Origin: an uncultured Flavobacteriales bacterium
GTDB taxonomy: Bacteria; Bacteroidota; Bacteroidia; Flavobacteriales; Flavobacteriaceae
DNA length: 64,000 bases
Assembly: GCA_913058295.1 (NCBI GenBank)
Contig: CAJXRD010000007.1
Coordinates: forward strand, 15,771 to 79,770
Direction of reading: 5' to 3'
Shown here in pieces: positions 1-9,925 of this stretch. Made by a program: the position numbers and the translations under genes. How positions within the stretch are numbered: the stretch's first letter is position 1; each line of letters opens with the position of its first letter. Under the pieces are notes generated by a model. That model ran no database searches. It saw only the letters and a program-made list of their open reading frames with translations, and was not told where the DNA came from.

Positions 1-375
1 AATACTCAAAAAGCGAGACCTCTCCTAATTGAGAATGACAAAAGTCTTGAAGAAAAAATGGAAAGCGAACTTACCTTTAAAGGTATCACTGCTACTGCTG
101 GAGGGTTTTATGGCCCACAAGGAAGGGTTTTAAGGCTTGCTATAGAAGATCCAGATTTAAACCACAAAATTGATTCCTTTTCTAGTAATGGCCACCGGAT
201 TTCTAATTTAGAAATGGAAACTTCTGCTATCTATGGATTATCCAAATTATTAGGGCACCGTGCACTTTCTTTAAACGCTATAATAGCCAATAGAGCCAAT
301 GGTACTTTTAGTAAAGACCCTGGTTCGATAGTAGATCAACTCATAAAATATACTCTTGAAAAACTAGTAGAATGA
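1..375 (+). CDS. Nucleoside phosphorylase (uridine/purine phosphorylase family), 5'-truncated by the window edge
   Basis: Frame 1 is open from base 1 (NTQKARPLLIEND...) into the listed ORF. Contains TATAGGFYGPQGR and the NLEMETSAIY motif of the PNP/UDP family. Confidence 0.85.
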   Translation, partial: NTQKARPLLIENDKSLEEKMESELTFKGITATAGGFYGPQGRVLRLAIEDPDLNHKIDSFSSNGHRISNLEMETSAIYGLSKLLGHRALSLNAIIANRANGTFSKDPGSIVDQLIKYTLEKLVE

Positions 376-1229
376 AAAATTTCACTATTGGTGGAGTTCC
401 AGAACATTTTAATCTGCCTTGGTATTTTACCCTTCGGGATAAAAAATATACCAAAGAAGGAATAAATTTGCGATGGAAAGATTTTTACGGCGGGACAGGA
501 GAAATGTGTGCTGCACTTCGGAATAAAGAAATTGATATGGCGGTAATCCTAACCGAAGGGATTATACGAGATATCATTAAAGGGAACGAATGTAAAATTG
601 TTCAGGTATATATACAATCTCCATTAATCTGGGGGATTCACGTGGCTTCCAATTCTAATTACCATTCCGTTGAAGATTTAAAAGGCAGTGCTGCAGCCAT
701 TAGCAGATATGGTAGTGGTTCTCATTTAATGGCTTATGTTCATGCAGAGCAGAAGAATTGGAACTTAGAAAACGACTTAAAGTTTGAAGTAATTAATGAT
801 TTAAAGGGCGCTTTAGAAAACCTTCCTAATGGAAATGGTGATTATTTTATGTGGGAAAAATTTACAACCAAACCTTTTGTAGATAACAATACTTTAAGGC
901 TTGTTGGAGAATGCCCTACCCCCTGGCCATGTTTTGTAATTGCAGTAAGAAATGATATTCTTGAAAATGAAGAAGAAAGTATTAAAGCTATTCTAAAAAT
1001 AATAAACGAAACTTCAGTTGCATTTAAAAAGACTCCTTTATTGGAAACTCTAATTTCTGAACGATACGATCAAAAGTTAGAAGATGTAAAGCAATGGCTT
1101 TCTTTAACAGAGTGGTCTCAAAATCAAATTTCTGAAAAGAAAATAGATGAAATTCAGGAAACCTTATTGAATTTAAAATTAATTCTAAATACAATTCCTT
1201 CAGAAAAAATAGTACATAACTTAATCTAA
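372..1229 (+). CDS. Type 2 periplasmic-binding-fold protein (SsuA/THI5/CA3427-like), no signal peptide
   Basis: Motifs GGVPEHFNLPW, GGTGEM, AVILTEG, ISRYGSGSHLMA, FMWEKFTTKP, TPWPCF. Overlaps the upstream stop (ATGA). Confidence 0.75.
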   Translation: MKNFTIGGVPEHFNLPWYFTLRDKKYTKEGINLRWKDFYGGTGEMCAALRNKEIDMAVILTEGIIRDIIKGNECKIVQVYIQSPLIWGIHVASNSNYHSVEDLKGSAAAISRYGSGSHLMAYVHAEQKNWNLENDLKFEVINDLKGALENLPNGNGDYFMWEKFTTKPFVDNNTLRLVGECPTPWPCFVIAVRNDILENEEESIKAILKIINETSVAFKKTPLLETLISERYDQKLEDVKQWLSLTEWSQNQISEKKIDEIQETLLNLKLILNTIPSEKIVHNLI

Positions 1230-1244
1230 AATTAATGCATTTAT

Positions 1245-1284
1245 AAAAAAAGGCTGCTTAATTATATTTAAGCTGCCTTTTTTT
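1245..1284. terminator. Bidirectional intrinsic terminator between convergent genes
   Basis: A-run, GGCTGCTTAA, loop, TTAAGCTGCC, T-run (one mismatch in the stem). Confidence 0.8.
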
Positions 1285-1303
1285 ATTTTGGAAAGAAATT
1301 ATA

Positions 1304-3817
1304 TTAATATACAATTACCTTTTTGGTAGAAGTCCCTTTACTATTTACCACTTTTACAAAGTAAATTCCTTTAGCCGCATAAGAGATATCTACTTGGTGG
1401 CTTTTCTTAATATCTCTATTGTTTATCTGTGTAATTAATTCTCCATTAATATTATAGATAAATATTTTACTATTTAATTCATGATAAGTATCTACTATAA
1501 ATCTTCCTGTGGAAGGGTTTGGAAAAACTGTAAAATCAAATTTATTATCTCGAAATGGGTTATCAAAATCATTAAAACTCAAGATGATATCATTATCGAG
1601 AAGCGGTTCGTCTCCATATGAAACTAAATGACTTGATACAATTAGATGTGGATTAAAACCTTCATTACAATTACTACAAGTAGTACCCGTAATACAATCG
1701 GGGTTATTTGGATGACAATAATCTATATAATCTGTATCGAAAATATAATTTAATTGCATTGGTGTAGCAGTATTAACAGTCCCTAAATCATAATCGAACC
1801 ATTGTGCTATGGACCCAGGACACCAACCTGCTCTATCAAATTGCCATGTGCCATTTTGAGGGCTACAATCATCTGGATTGGGATTGCAATCGTACCAGTT
1901 GTCTTGCTCAAAAGTAGATTCTCCATCTACCCAAACATTATGTATATCGTGATGGAATTCTGCAGCATTTCCTGTATTGGTTGCTCCCCAACCATGTCCT
2001 GTTGAAACCAATTTAATTTTTGCAGCTTCTACATTATCTGCATAATCAATTTCATAGTTTTCACAAGGTTGTAAATTTCCAAGATCTCCAAATGCGTATG
2101 TATTGGACCAGAGGTTTGAAACGGTACTATAATTAAATGCTGGTTGACCTGCATTATAATCTAAAACTAAACTATATAGAAAACCATTCCCACTGGTACC
2201 AAGAGTAAACCTAAAATTAACAGTTCCTTGTAATAAAGACATAAAATCTGTTAAGTCTACTTCATGGTCACAGGCTACACCATAAGGTGTGATATATCTA
2301 ATTATTTCATGCCATTTCCCATCATGACCTTGAACTTCAATATGCGATACTCTATCCCAAGGATCACAACCTCCACTAGGGCATTCGATTATTAAGGTTG
2401 CATTTATAGAATCGTAAGCTCCCATATAACTAGGTAATGTAGCTTCTACTTCAGTAGAATATACATTGCTATACACCCAAACATCCGTTGCAGCATCTAC
2501 AAGAATGTCTTGTGCGGTATCTACTATTGTAATGGAATAGTTATCTACATTTTCATTTCCATAATTATTAGTCCCTGTAATTTCCACATCTTTTGCTCCA
2601 TAGGAATTTGGAGTCCACCAACCGGTATAAAAACCGTTATCGTAATCGGTTAGTACAACGGTTTCGTTTGCAATTTTTACTTCGACAGACTCTATTGAAA
2701 AAATATCTGGAAATTCAATAGAAGCCTTAGCAGAAACAAGAATTGCACCTAGTTCTGGAACAAAAACATCTCCAGGAACAGGGTTTGTTAAAATGATTTG
2801 TGGTAAAACATCGGCTGGATCTAATACCTGAAAAGAAGAAAAAACATCTTCTGCTGCATTATATGTTCCATTACCTGGCTGACTTGCTTTAATGATTACT
2901 TCTCCTAAAACACCATCTAAGGTTACGGTATTTCCAGAAACTGAAGCTGGTCCTGAAACAACCGTATAATCAACTTCTAGACCAGAACTAGTATACGCTT
3001 CCAAATCAAAAGGGACATCAAAAATTACTTTGTTTGCTATAGTTGGAAAATTTATTACTTGAAAATCCGCATCTAAAACTCCTCCAAAATTTGAAGTTAT
3101 CCCCTCTAAAGCAAAATTGTGCAATAAAGCATCCGTTTCTTCACCTCCTGTTTCAGAAAATAGATGTGTTATAAAAGTATTATCATCCTCTGGAATCCCT
3201 TGATTGAATTTATAATAAGCTACTAAACCAGATTCATCTCCAATTAATTCATCGTTCATAATATCTTGGATTTCACCTTGACTAAGTGCAATATCCCAAA
3301 GTGAAACTTCATCAGCTCTTCCTTTAAAAATAAAATTAAAGCCCGGCGCTATACTTTTTCCAATACCAAATGGTTTGGTTGTTCCAGTAAAAGTACCTGA
3401 AGCACTAGCAGTTCCAATAGAATCTCCATCGATAAATAACTCAATAGTACTTCCATTATAAACCCAAGTAACATATTGCCATGTCTCTGCTTGAATAGAT
3501 CCTGCTGGCGCAACAACCTGATATAAATTTCCATCTATAATAAGGCGACATTCAATTATTCCATCACTCAATTGAATTAAGTACATGGAATCTCCCTCTC
3601 CTTCACCTCTAAAACCAATCATTCCAGCTCCATAAATTAATTGGTCTGTATAAAACCAACCAGACATAGTGATTTCTGTAGTACCATCTAAAAGTGCTAC
3701 ACCGTTTTCTAATTCAACATAATCATCAATACCATCAAAATGTAAATATTGATTGGATTGTGAAAAGCCATAAAAATTAATGGCAATTAAAAATAATAAT
3801 GAGTAAAGGTTTTTCAT
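1304..3817 (-). CDS. Secreted LamG-like + peptide-N-glycosidase F-like protein with T9SS type A C-terminal sorting domain
   Basis: Signal peptide. LamG-like N-terminus (YLHFDGIDDYV...WQYVTWVYNG...FKGRADEVSLWD). PNGase F motifs CDPWDR, YITPYG, STGHGWG..AAEF, RAGWCPG. CTD reads FPNPSTG...GIYFVKV...KKVIVY. Confidence 0.85.
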   Translation of the reverse strand: MKNLYSLLFLIAINFYGFSQSNQYLHFDGIDDYVELENGVALLDGTTEITMSGWFYTDQLIYGAGMIGFRGEGEGDSMYLIQLSDGIIECRLIIDGNLYQVVAPAGSIQAETWQYVTWVYNGSTIELFIDGDSIGTASASGTFTGTTKPFGIGKSIAPGFNFIFKGRADEVSLWDIALSQGEIQDIMNDELIGDESGLVAYYKFNQGIPEDDNTFITHLFSETGGEETDALLHNFALEGITSNFGGVLDADFQVINFPTIANKVIFDVPFDLEAYTSSGLEVDYTVVSGPASVSGNTVTLDGVLGEVIIKASQPGNGTYNAAEDVFSSFQVLDPADVLPQIILTNPVPGDVFVPELGAILVSAKASIEFPDIFSIESVEVKIANETVVLTDYDNGFYTGWWTPNSYGAKDVEITGTNNYGNENVDNYSITIVDTAQDILVDAATDVWVYSNVYSTEVEATLPSYMGAYDSINATLIIECPSGGCDPWDRVSHIEVQGHDGKWHEIIRYITPYGVACDHEVDLTDFMSLLQGTVNFRFTLGTSGNGFLYSLVLDYNAGQPAFNYSTVSNLWSNTYAFGDLGNLQPCENYEIDYADNVEAAKIKLVSTGHGWGATNTGNAAEFHHDIHNVWVDGESTFEQDNWYDCNPNPDDCSPQNGTWQFDRAGWCPGSIAQWFDYDLGTVNTATPMQLNYIFDTDYIDYCHPNNPDCITGTTCSNCNEGFNPHLIVSSHLVSYGDEPLLDNDIILSFNDFDNPFRDNKFDFTVFPNPSTGRFIVDTYHELNSKIFIYNINGELITQINNRDIKKSHQVDISYAAKGIYFVKVVNSKGTSTKKVIVY

Positions 3818-3957
3818 GAGTTTATTATTAAAGTTTCTGATTTCTATAAATATACAATTTATTTCTATCCGAAAAATGAAACTTTATTTTGAAAATAAAC
3901 CAAACGCAACGCAACCTTTTATATTTATATACATCCTGTTAATGTTAATAAAGAATT

Positions 3958-4062
3958 ATGATCACATTTTTAATCATCCTGGGAACCTTATTAGTTACCA
4001 ACTTCTTGATACTTCAATTTAGTTGTAACGACCCAGAATCTCACATACCTGAAGACGAATAA
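3958..4062 (+). CDS. Unannotated 34-aa small membrane protein MITFLIILGTLLVTNFLILQFSCNDPESHIPEDE
   Basis: ATG at 3958 after an A-rich leader, TAA at 4060-4062. One hydrophobic helix followed by FSC and an acidic tail. Fills the gap between the T9SS gene and ung. Confidence 0.6.
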   Translation: MITFLIILGTLLVTNFLILQFSCNDPESHIPEDE

Positions 4063-4081
4063 GACCTAACCGTTTTAATTT

Positions 4082-4747
4082 TCACCAATGAATTGAATCC
4101 TTATGGGATTCATTCAAATATTCGTTTACTTCACTAAAATGCTTGTTGCCATACCAATAGCCTCTATTCGCACTTAATGGAGAAGGATGTCCTGTAGTTA
4201 GAACCAAATGTTTTTTCGTATTAATTTTTGAACCTTTTTTTTTAGCAAAACCTCCCCATAACAAAAATACTAGTCCTTCTTTTTCTTCGGATAGTTTAGA
4301 GATTACAGCATCTGTAAATTTCTCCCAACCTTTTTTTTGATGACTTCCTGCTTCTGAAGCTCTTACAGTTAAAGTAGCATTTAATAATAGTATTCCTTGC
4401 TTTGCCCAACGCTCTAGATTTCCACTTTGTGGATAAGGGATTAGCAAATCAGATTCGATTTCTTTAAATATGTTTATTAATGAAGGTGGATGTTTTATAG
4501 TATCCTTTACTGAAAAACACAAGCCGTTCGCCTGCCCTTCTCCATGATAGGGATCTTGCCCAATAATTACAATTTTCACCTTATCAAAAGGTGTATGATT
4601 AAATGCTGAAAAAATTAAATCTCCAGGTGGATAACAAGTATGTTCGATGTATTCCTGTTTTACAAATTGAGTAAGATCCGTAAAATAAGGTTTATCGAAT
4701 TCTTCTTGTAATTGTTCCTTCCAACTTGAGTCAATATTTACAGTCAT
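4082..4747 (-). CDS. ung: Uracil-DNA glycosylase (family 1)
   Basis: GQDPYH, HPPSL, LLLNATLTV and HPSPLS motifs. Confidence 0.98.
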   Translation of the reverse strand: MTVNIDSSWKEQLQEEFDKPYFTDLTQFVKQEYIEHTCYPPGDLIFSAFNHTPFDKVKIVIIGQDPYHGEGQANGLCFSVKDTIKHPPSLINIFKEIESDLLIPYPQSGNLERWAKQGILLLNATLTVRASEAGSHQKKGWEKFTDAVISKLSEEKEGLVFLLWGGFAKKKGSKINTKKHLVLTTGHPSPLSANRGYWYGNKHFSEVNEYLNESHKDSIHW

Positions 4748-4835
4748 AATTAGTACTTTTGAGCAAAATTAATATAAAAGAAAAAGTTTCAGCAATGCTA
4801 AGCTCTATTAATTTAATAAAAACATATATTCAATT

Positions 4836-6344
4836 TTGACTTCAAACCAGAAAAAAAATAAATTTCCGACTCCTCAAACGATATTATTGATTATTGCTGG
4901 ATTAGTAGCCATACTAACCTGGATGATTCCTTCAGGTCAGTACGATAGGCTGTCTTATGATAAAGTAGAAAATACTTTTGAAAGAACTCATTTAAAAGAA
5001 AAAATAACTCTTGAGGCAAGTCAGAAAACTCTAGATGAATTAAAAGTAAAAATCCCATTAGAGAAATTTACTAGCGGAGATATATGGAAACCTATTAGTA
5101 TTCCAAATACCTATCAAAAACTGGAACCCAAACCACAGGGGATAATAGAATACATTCAATCTCCATTAAAAGGAATTACGGAAGTTTCAGATATCATATT
5201 ATTAATATTAATCATTGGTGGTCTTATTGGAATTGTAAATTCTACTGGAGCTTTTGAAGCAGGGATATCTTGGCTAGGAAAAGCTCTTGAAGGAAAAGAG
5301 TTTATCTTAATAATTTTGGTTACTTCCTTAATAGCACTTGGAGGAACTACTTTTGGATTGGCTGAAGAAACTATTGCTTTTTACCCAATTCTTATACCCG
5401 TCTTTTTGGCTGCTCGATATGATGCTATAGTAGCTTTAGCGTCTATCTATATAGGATCGTCTATGGGAACTATGGCATCCACAGTAAACCCCTTCAGTAC
5501 TATAATAGCATCAGATGCTGCTGGTATTAATTGGACAGCTGGTCTTAATGGTAGGTTTGTTATGTTGGCCTTAGGATTGTTAATATGTATCATTTATATC
5601 ATTTGGTATGCACAAAGAGTAAAAAAGGACCCTACAAAATCTATTATTTATAGCCAAAAACAAGAAATTGATAATAGATTTGGTAATTTATCTAATAATA
5701 GTTCTGTACAGTTAACCTCAAGGTTAAGGTTGATCTTATTGGTTTTCGTTCTGTGTTTTGTGGTAATGATTTATGGGGTTTCAAAGTTAGATTGGTGGTT
5801 TTTAGAAATGACATCTGTATTTTTTGTAGGTGCCATATTAATTGGTTTCCTTTCTAGAACTAAAGAGCGAGTATTTGTAGATACCTTTATAAAAGGAGCC
5901 ACCGAATTATTAGGTGTTGCTTTTATAATTGGAATTGCACGAGGAGTTACGGTACTAATGGAAGATGGCCTTATTAGTGACACACTACTTTATTATTCTA
6001 GTAATTTAACAGATGGAATGAATAAAGGCCTGTTTATAAATACCATGTTATATATTTATGGTGGCTTATCCTTTTTTATTCCTTCCTCTTCAGGAATGGC
6101 TGTTTTAACTATGCCTATTATGTCTCCTTTAGCGGATGGTGTAGGCATAGGAAGAGAGTTTGTTGTAAACGCTTATCAATATGGCTTGGGTCTATTCGCC
6201 TTTTTAAATCCTACAGGACTTATTTTAGCATCCCTAGCCATTGTAAATGTGGGTTATGATAAGTGGTTAAAATTTGTCATGCCATTGGTAATTATTCTTT
6301 TATTACTCACCATGACGATACTTACAATTTCTGTTTATGTTTAA
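4836..6344 (+). CDS. YfcC/DcuC-family membrane transporter (basic amino acid antiporter-like)
   Basis: About 12 hydrophobic segments with PSGQY, GTTFGLAEE, TVNPFST, FFIPSSSG motifs. TTG start. Confidence 0.85.
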   Translation: MTSNQKKNKFPTPQTILLIIAGLVAILTWMIPSGQYDRLSYDKVENTFERTHLKEKITLEASQKTLDELKVKIPLEKFTSGDIWKPISIPNTYQKLEPKPQGIIEYIQSPLKGITEVSDIILLILIIGGLIGIVNSTGAFEAGISWLGKALEGKEFILIILVTSLIALGGTTFGLAEETIAFYPILIPVFLAARYDAIVALASIYIGSSMGTMASTVNPFSTIIASDAAGINWTAGLNGRFVMLALGLLICIIYIIWYAQRVKKDPTKSIIYSQKQEIDNRFGNLSNNSSVQLTSRLRLILLVFVLCFVVMIYGVSKLDWWFLEMTSVFFVGAILIGFLSRTKERVFVDTFIKGATELLGVAFIIGIARGVTVLMEDGLISDTLLYYSSNLTDGMNKGLFINTMLYIYGGLSFFIPSSSGMAVLTMPIMSPLADGVGIGREFVVNAYQYGLGLFAFLNPTGLILASLAIVNVGYDKWLKFVMPLVIILLLLTMTILTISVYV

Positions 6345-6365
6345 TTCTATAAAAATTAAAGGAGA

Positions 6366-8525
6366 ATGATTAACATCCCCAAAAAAGCATTAGAAAGTTT
6401 AGAATTCCCTTTGGTATTGCAACAGGTCTCTTCTTTTTGTATTACTGAATTAGGTAAAGAAAAAACGCTTGCTATTCTTCCCTTTTCTGAAGAAGAAAGC
6501 ATTTCCTCCGAATTACATCGAGTAAAAGAGTTTACAGCTTCCTTTAATAGTGACAGTCCGATACCTAATCACGGCTTTGAATCCATTAGTAGAGAACTAC
6601 ATTTATTATCTATTGAAAACAGTACTTTGGAAGTTACTGGGTTTAGAAAAATTCTTTCTGTAACCAATACAACTCAGGTCCTTTTAAAGTTTTTTAAAAA
6701 ATATGAAGAGTTTTATATTTATCTAAATTCATTTTCAGAACAAACCAACTATACAAGTCATATTTCAGAAGAAATAAATAAAAAAATAAATAAATATGGG
6801 GAAGTAAAAGACAATGCATCCGCTAATTTATCTGCTATACGAAGTAGGCTTAAAATAGTAAAAGCTAAAATTAATTCTTCTTTTTCAAAAGCACTAACTC
6901 ATTATTCTCAACAAGATTATTTAGATGACATAAGAGAGACAATCGTTGACAATCGAAGAGTTCTTGCTGTAAAAGCAATGTATCGCAAAAAGATTAGAGG
7001 TACGGTTTTAGGGAATTCTAAAACAGGAAGTTTGGTTTATATGGAGCCTCAAGAAACTTTGGAGTATGCAAATGAATTAAGCAACCTTATTTATGAGGAA
7101 CTCGAAGAAATAAAAAGGATATTAAAAGAGCTTACCGAGTTTACAAGACCCCACAAATACTTGCTGGAATCTTACCAAGACTATTTAACAACTATTGATG
7201 TTTTGCATGCGAAAGCAAAATATGCAATCGAAATTAATGGTGTCTTGCCTTTACTTACGAATAAGAAAAGGTTGTATTTAAAAAACGCCTTCCATCCTTT
7301 GCTTTTAGTAGCTAATAATGCTAGAAAGGAAATAACCTTTCCTCAAACTATAGAATTACATCCAGAAAACAGAATCATTGTAATTTCTGGTCCAAATGCT
7401 GGTGGAAAAAGTATTACTCTTAAAACAGTTGGCCTATTGCAAGTATTATTGCAATCTGGAATGCTGGTTCCTGTAGATTCATCGAGTGAATTTTGTTTTT
7501 TCAATAGAGTTCTTACCGATATAGGTGACAACCAGTCTATAGAAAATCAATTGAGTACTTATAGCTATCGTTTAAAAAAAATGAATCAGTTTTTAAAGAA
7601 GTGTAAGTCGGATACTTTATTTCTTATCGATGAGTTTGGTACTGGAAGTGATCCTGAATTGGGTGGAGCTTTAGCTGAAACCTTCCTGGAGGTGTTCTAT
7701 GAACGAGAGTCATTTGGTGTAATAACAACGCATTATACCAATTTAAAACTGTTAGCTAGCGAATTGCCTTTTGCAACCAATGCTAATATGCAATTTAATA
7801 ACCATTCTTTGGAGCCGATGTACCAATTGCTTTTAGGAGAAGCTGGTAGCTCATTTACTTTTGAAGTTGCTCAAAAAAACGGGATTCCTTATAGTTTAAT
7901 CAATAAAGCTAAAAAGAAAATAGAGAGTGGGAAGGTTCGATTTGATAAGAGTATTGCTAATCTTCAGAAAGAACGTTTTCAACTTCGAAAAACTTCAGAA
8001 CAACTTAAAACCGAAGAACAAAAAGCAAAAAAGAATAGTAAGCAATTGGAAGAAACCAATGTTAAGATTCAAGACAAATTGGAAAGTTACCAAGAGATGT
8101 TTGATTCAAATCAGCGCTTGATAAGCTTGGGCAAAAAAATAGATTCTTTAGCAAAGCATTATAACAATAATAAGAAAAAGAAAATCTTATTGGATGAGCT
8201 TTTTAAGGTGGTTTTAGTAGAAAACAGTAAAATTAAGAAAGTAACTCCTGCAGTAAAAAAGAAAGAAAAGGTAAAAATCCAAAAAGTAAAACAAGAAGTA
8301 GAAGCAAAAGTTAACGTTATTAGAAAACGCAAAAAGAAAGAAAAGGAAGAGGCTAAAAAAGCGCCACCACCACCACCTAAAGTTGCTTTAAAAATTGGAG
8401 ATCGAGTGCGTATGATCGAGGGAGTAGCAATTGGTACAATAGACAAGATAGAAAAAAAGAAAGCTATTGTGAATTATGGTACTTTTACGACTAATGTAAA
8501 TATGATGGAATTGGAGAAGGTATAA
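6366..8525 (+). CDS. mutS2: MutS2 family ATPase/endonuclease, no Smr domain visible
   Basis: LEF start motif, Walker A ISGPNAGGKS, DIGDNQSIE..LSTYS, LIDEFGTGSDP, TTHY. Ends in a KOW-like segment (GDRVR). Confidence 0.93.
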   Translation: MINIPKKALESLEFPLVLQQVSSFCITELGKEKTLAILPFSEEESISSELHRVKEFTASFNSDSPIPNHGFESISRELHLLSIENSTLEVTGFRKILSVTNTTQVLLKFFKKYEEFYIYLNSFSEQTNYTSHISEEINKKINKYGEVKDNASANLSAIRSRLKIVKAKINSSFSKALTHYSQQDYLDDIRETIVDNRRVLAVKAMYRKKIRGTVLGNSKTGSLVYMEPQETLEYANELSNLIYEELEEIKRILKELTEFTRPHKYLLESYQDYLTTIDVLHAKAKYAIEINGVLPLLTNKKRLYLKNAFHPLLLVANNARKEITFPQTIELHPENRIIVISGPNAGGKSITLKTVGLLQVLLQSGMLVPVDSSSEFCFFNRVLTDIGDNQSIENQLSTYSYRLKKMNQFLKKCKSDTLFLIDEFGTGSDPELGGALAETFLEVFYERESFGVITTHYTNLKLLASELPFATNANMQFNNHSLEPMYQLLLGEAGSSFTFEVAQKNGIPYSLINKAKKKIESGKVRFDKSIANLQKERFQLRKTSEQLKTEEQKAKKNSKQLEETNVKIQDKLESYQEMFDSNQRLISLGKKIDSLAKHYNNNKKKKILLDELFKVVLVENSKIKKVTPAVKKKEKVKIQKVKQEVEAKVNVIRKRKKKEKEEAKKAPPPPPKVALKIGDRVRMIEGVAIGTIDKIEKKKAIVNYGTFTTNVNMMELEKV

Positions 8526-8932
8526 TGAATATTCAACAACAACATAAAATTATATTATTTGATGGAGTTTGCAACCTTTGCAATACTTCTATCAATTTAG
8601 TAATCCGAAAAGATAAAAAGGATTGCTTTCGTTTTGCTGCTTTACAAAGTGAAATAGGAAAAAAATATATTTCAAAATTTAATATCAACCCCAAAGAAAC
8701 AGATTCGATTGTTTTAATTGATAAGGACACAATTTATATTAAATCTACTGCAGCTTTACATATTGCAAAGTCTCTTTCGGGTGCCTACCCCATACTTTTC
8801 GGTTTTATAATTATTCCCAGTTTTATACGCAATTGGCTTTATGATATTGTTGCAAAAAATCGATATAAATGGTATGGAAAAAAAGAAAGTTGTATGATTC
8901 CAACGCCAGAATTAAAAGCCAAATTTTTATAG
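8525..8932 (+). CDS. DCC family thiol-disulfide oxidoreductase (DUF393)
   Basis: FDGVCNLC motif and YDIVAKNRYKWYG. Confidence 0.93.
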   Translation: MNIQQQHKIILFDGVCNLCNTSINLVIRKDKKDCFRFAALQSEIGKKYISKFNINPKETDSIVLIDKDTIYIKSTAALHIAKSLSGAYPILFGFIIIPSFIRNWLYDIVAKNRYKWYGKKESCMIPTPELKAKFL

Positions 8933-9721
8933 CCCAATAATTCTAAAGTTATCAAAACCTCCAGTATCATCATCTCCATTTTGATGTATTCCTAGCGTAA
9001 GCCTAACATTTGTAGTGGTATCTGGTACATTTATTACTATAGTTCCACTTTCACTATAATCACTATTTCCTTCTATAAATAAGACAGGACCCTGGCCAAC
9101 ATCGTCTAAAAAGAGTTCGTAAAAAACATCATCTCCATTATCAAATTCAAATACCTCATAATTGAATGTTACTTGTACGTTGGTATAAGCAGAAACATCA
9201 ACGTTGTTAAAAGCAATTTCATGAACAAAATTTCCTCCTCCATTGGTATTATTTAAATCTCTACAACCTAAAAAATTTCCTGAGAAACCTGTGATATTTG
9301 CTAATGTAGTAACGATATCCCAAATGTCATTACCTACATTATAAAGAGAAGGATTTACAGTATAACTCCAGGTTTGATTAAAGTCAAAATCCTGAGTAGC
9401 TATATCAACTATAGCTGGAGTGATAATACAGTAAATATCTTCCCAGCTTGAGCCATTCCAAATCTGAAAACAAAAATCACTATTTATAGCATCACTTAAA
9501 AAAATAAGCAATCCTATGTCACTTATTCCAGGTTGTATGGTATTTCTTTCAGTTAAAGATGAAATTATTGGAGGTTTTAATCCTCCAAAATTAATACCAT
9601 CACTTGAACTATTTACATCCAAAACAGATGCTGAGCTTGGGTTGATTGTGTTTATTCCTACTTGGGGATACACTGAAAATTGTAGCAATAATAACAGGCA
9701 AAAAAGAGTGTATCTTTTCAT
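8927..9721 (-). CDS. Hypothetical secreted protein
   Basis: Signal peptide followed by QVGINTINP..SVLDVNS..GG, a common flavobacterial N-terminal module. The C-terminal half is acidic and beta-rich. Confidence 0.7.
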   Translation of the reverse strand: MKRYTLFCLLLLLQFSVYPQVGINTINPSSASVLDVNSSSDGINFGGLKPPIISSLTERNTIQPGISDIGLLIFLSDAINSDFCFQIWNGSSWEDIYCIITPAIVDIATQDFDFNQTWSYTVNPSLYNVGNDIWDIVTTLANITGFSGNFLGCRDLNNTNGGGNFVHEIAFNNVDVSAYTNVQVTFNYEVFEFDNGDDVFYELFLDDVGQGPVLFIEGNSDYSESGTIVINVPDTTTNVRLTLGIHQNGDDDTGGFDNFRIIGL

Positions 9722-9925
9722 ATTAATTATTTATTGCAAAATAGTATGGAGAGTAATTGGGAGGCTGCTAAAAGAATTAGCTAGTTCAAGTAACGATTTT
9801 ATCTTATGTGCTTTCAAATATTTCGATATGCTGTCCTATAAATTGGATGACATACACTTTTAATTTTTTTTTTTTTAGGCTTAAAAAGATTTGTTACTTT
9901 TATTTAAAATAAAACAATTTTAAAT

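Noticed and set aside
9864-9876. T13 homopolymer upstream of mscS1 as a phase-variation switch
   Set aside because: It cannot be placed between clear -33/-7 boxes, and long T runs are expected in AT-rich intergenic DNA.
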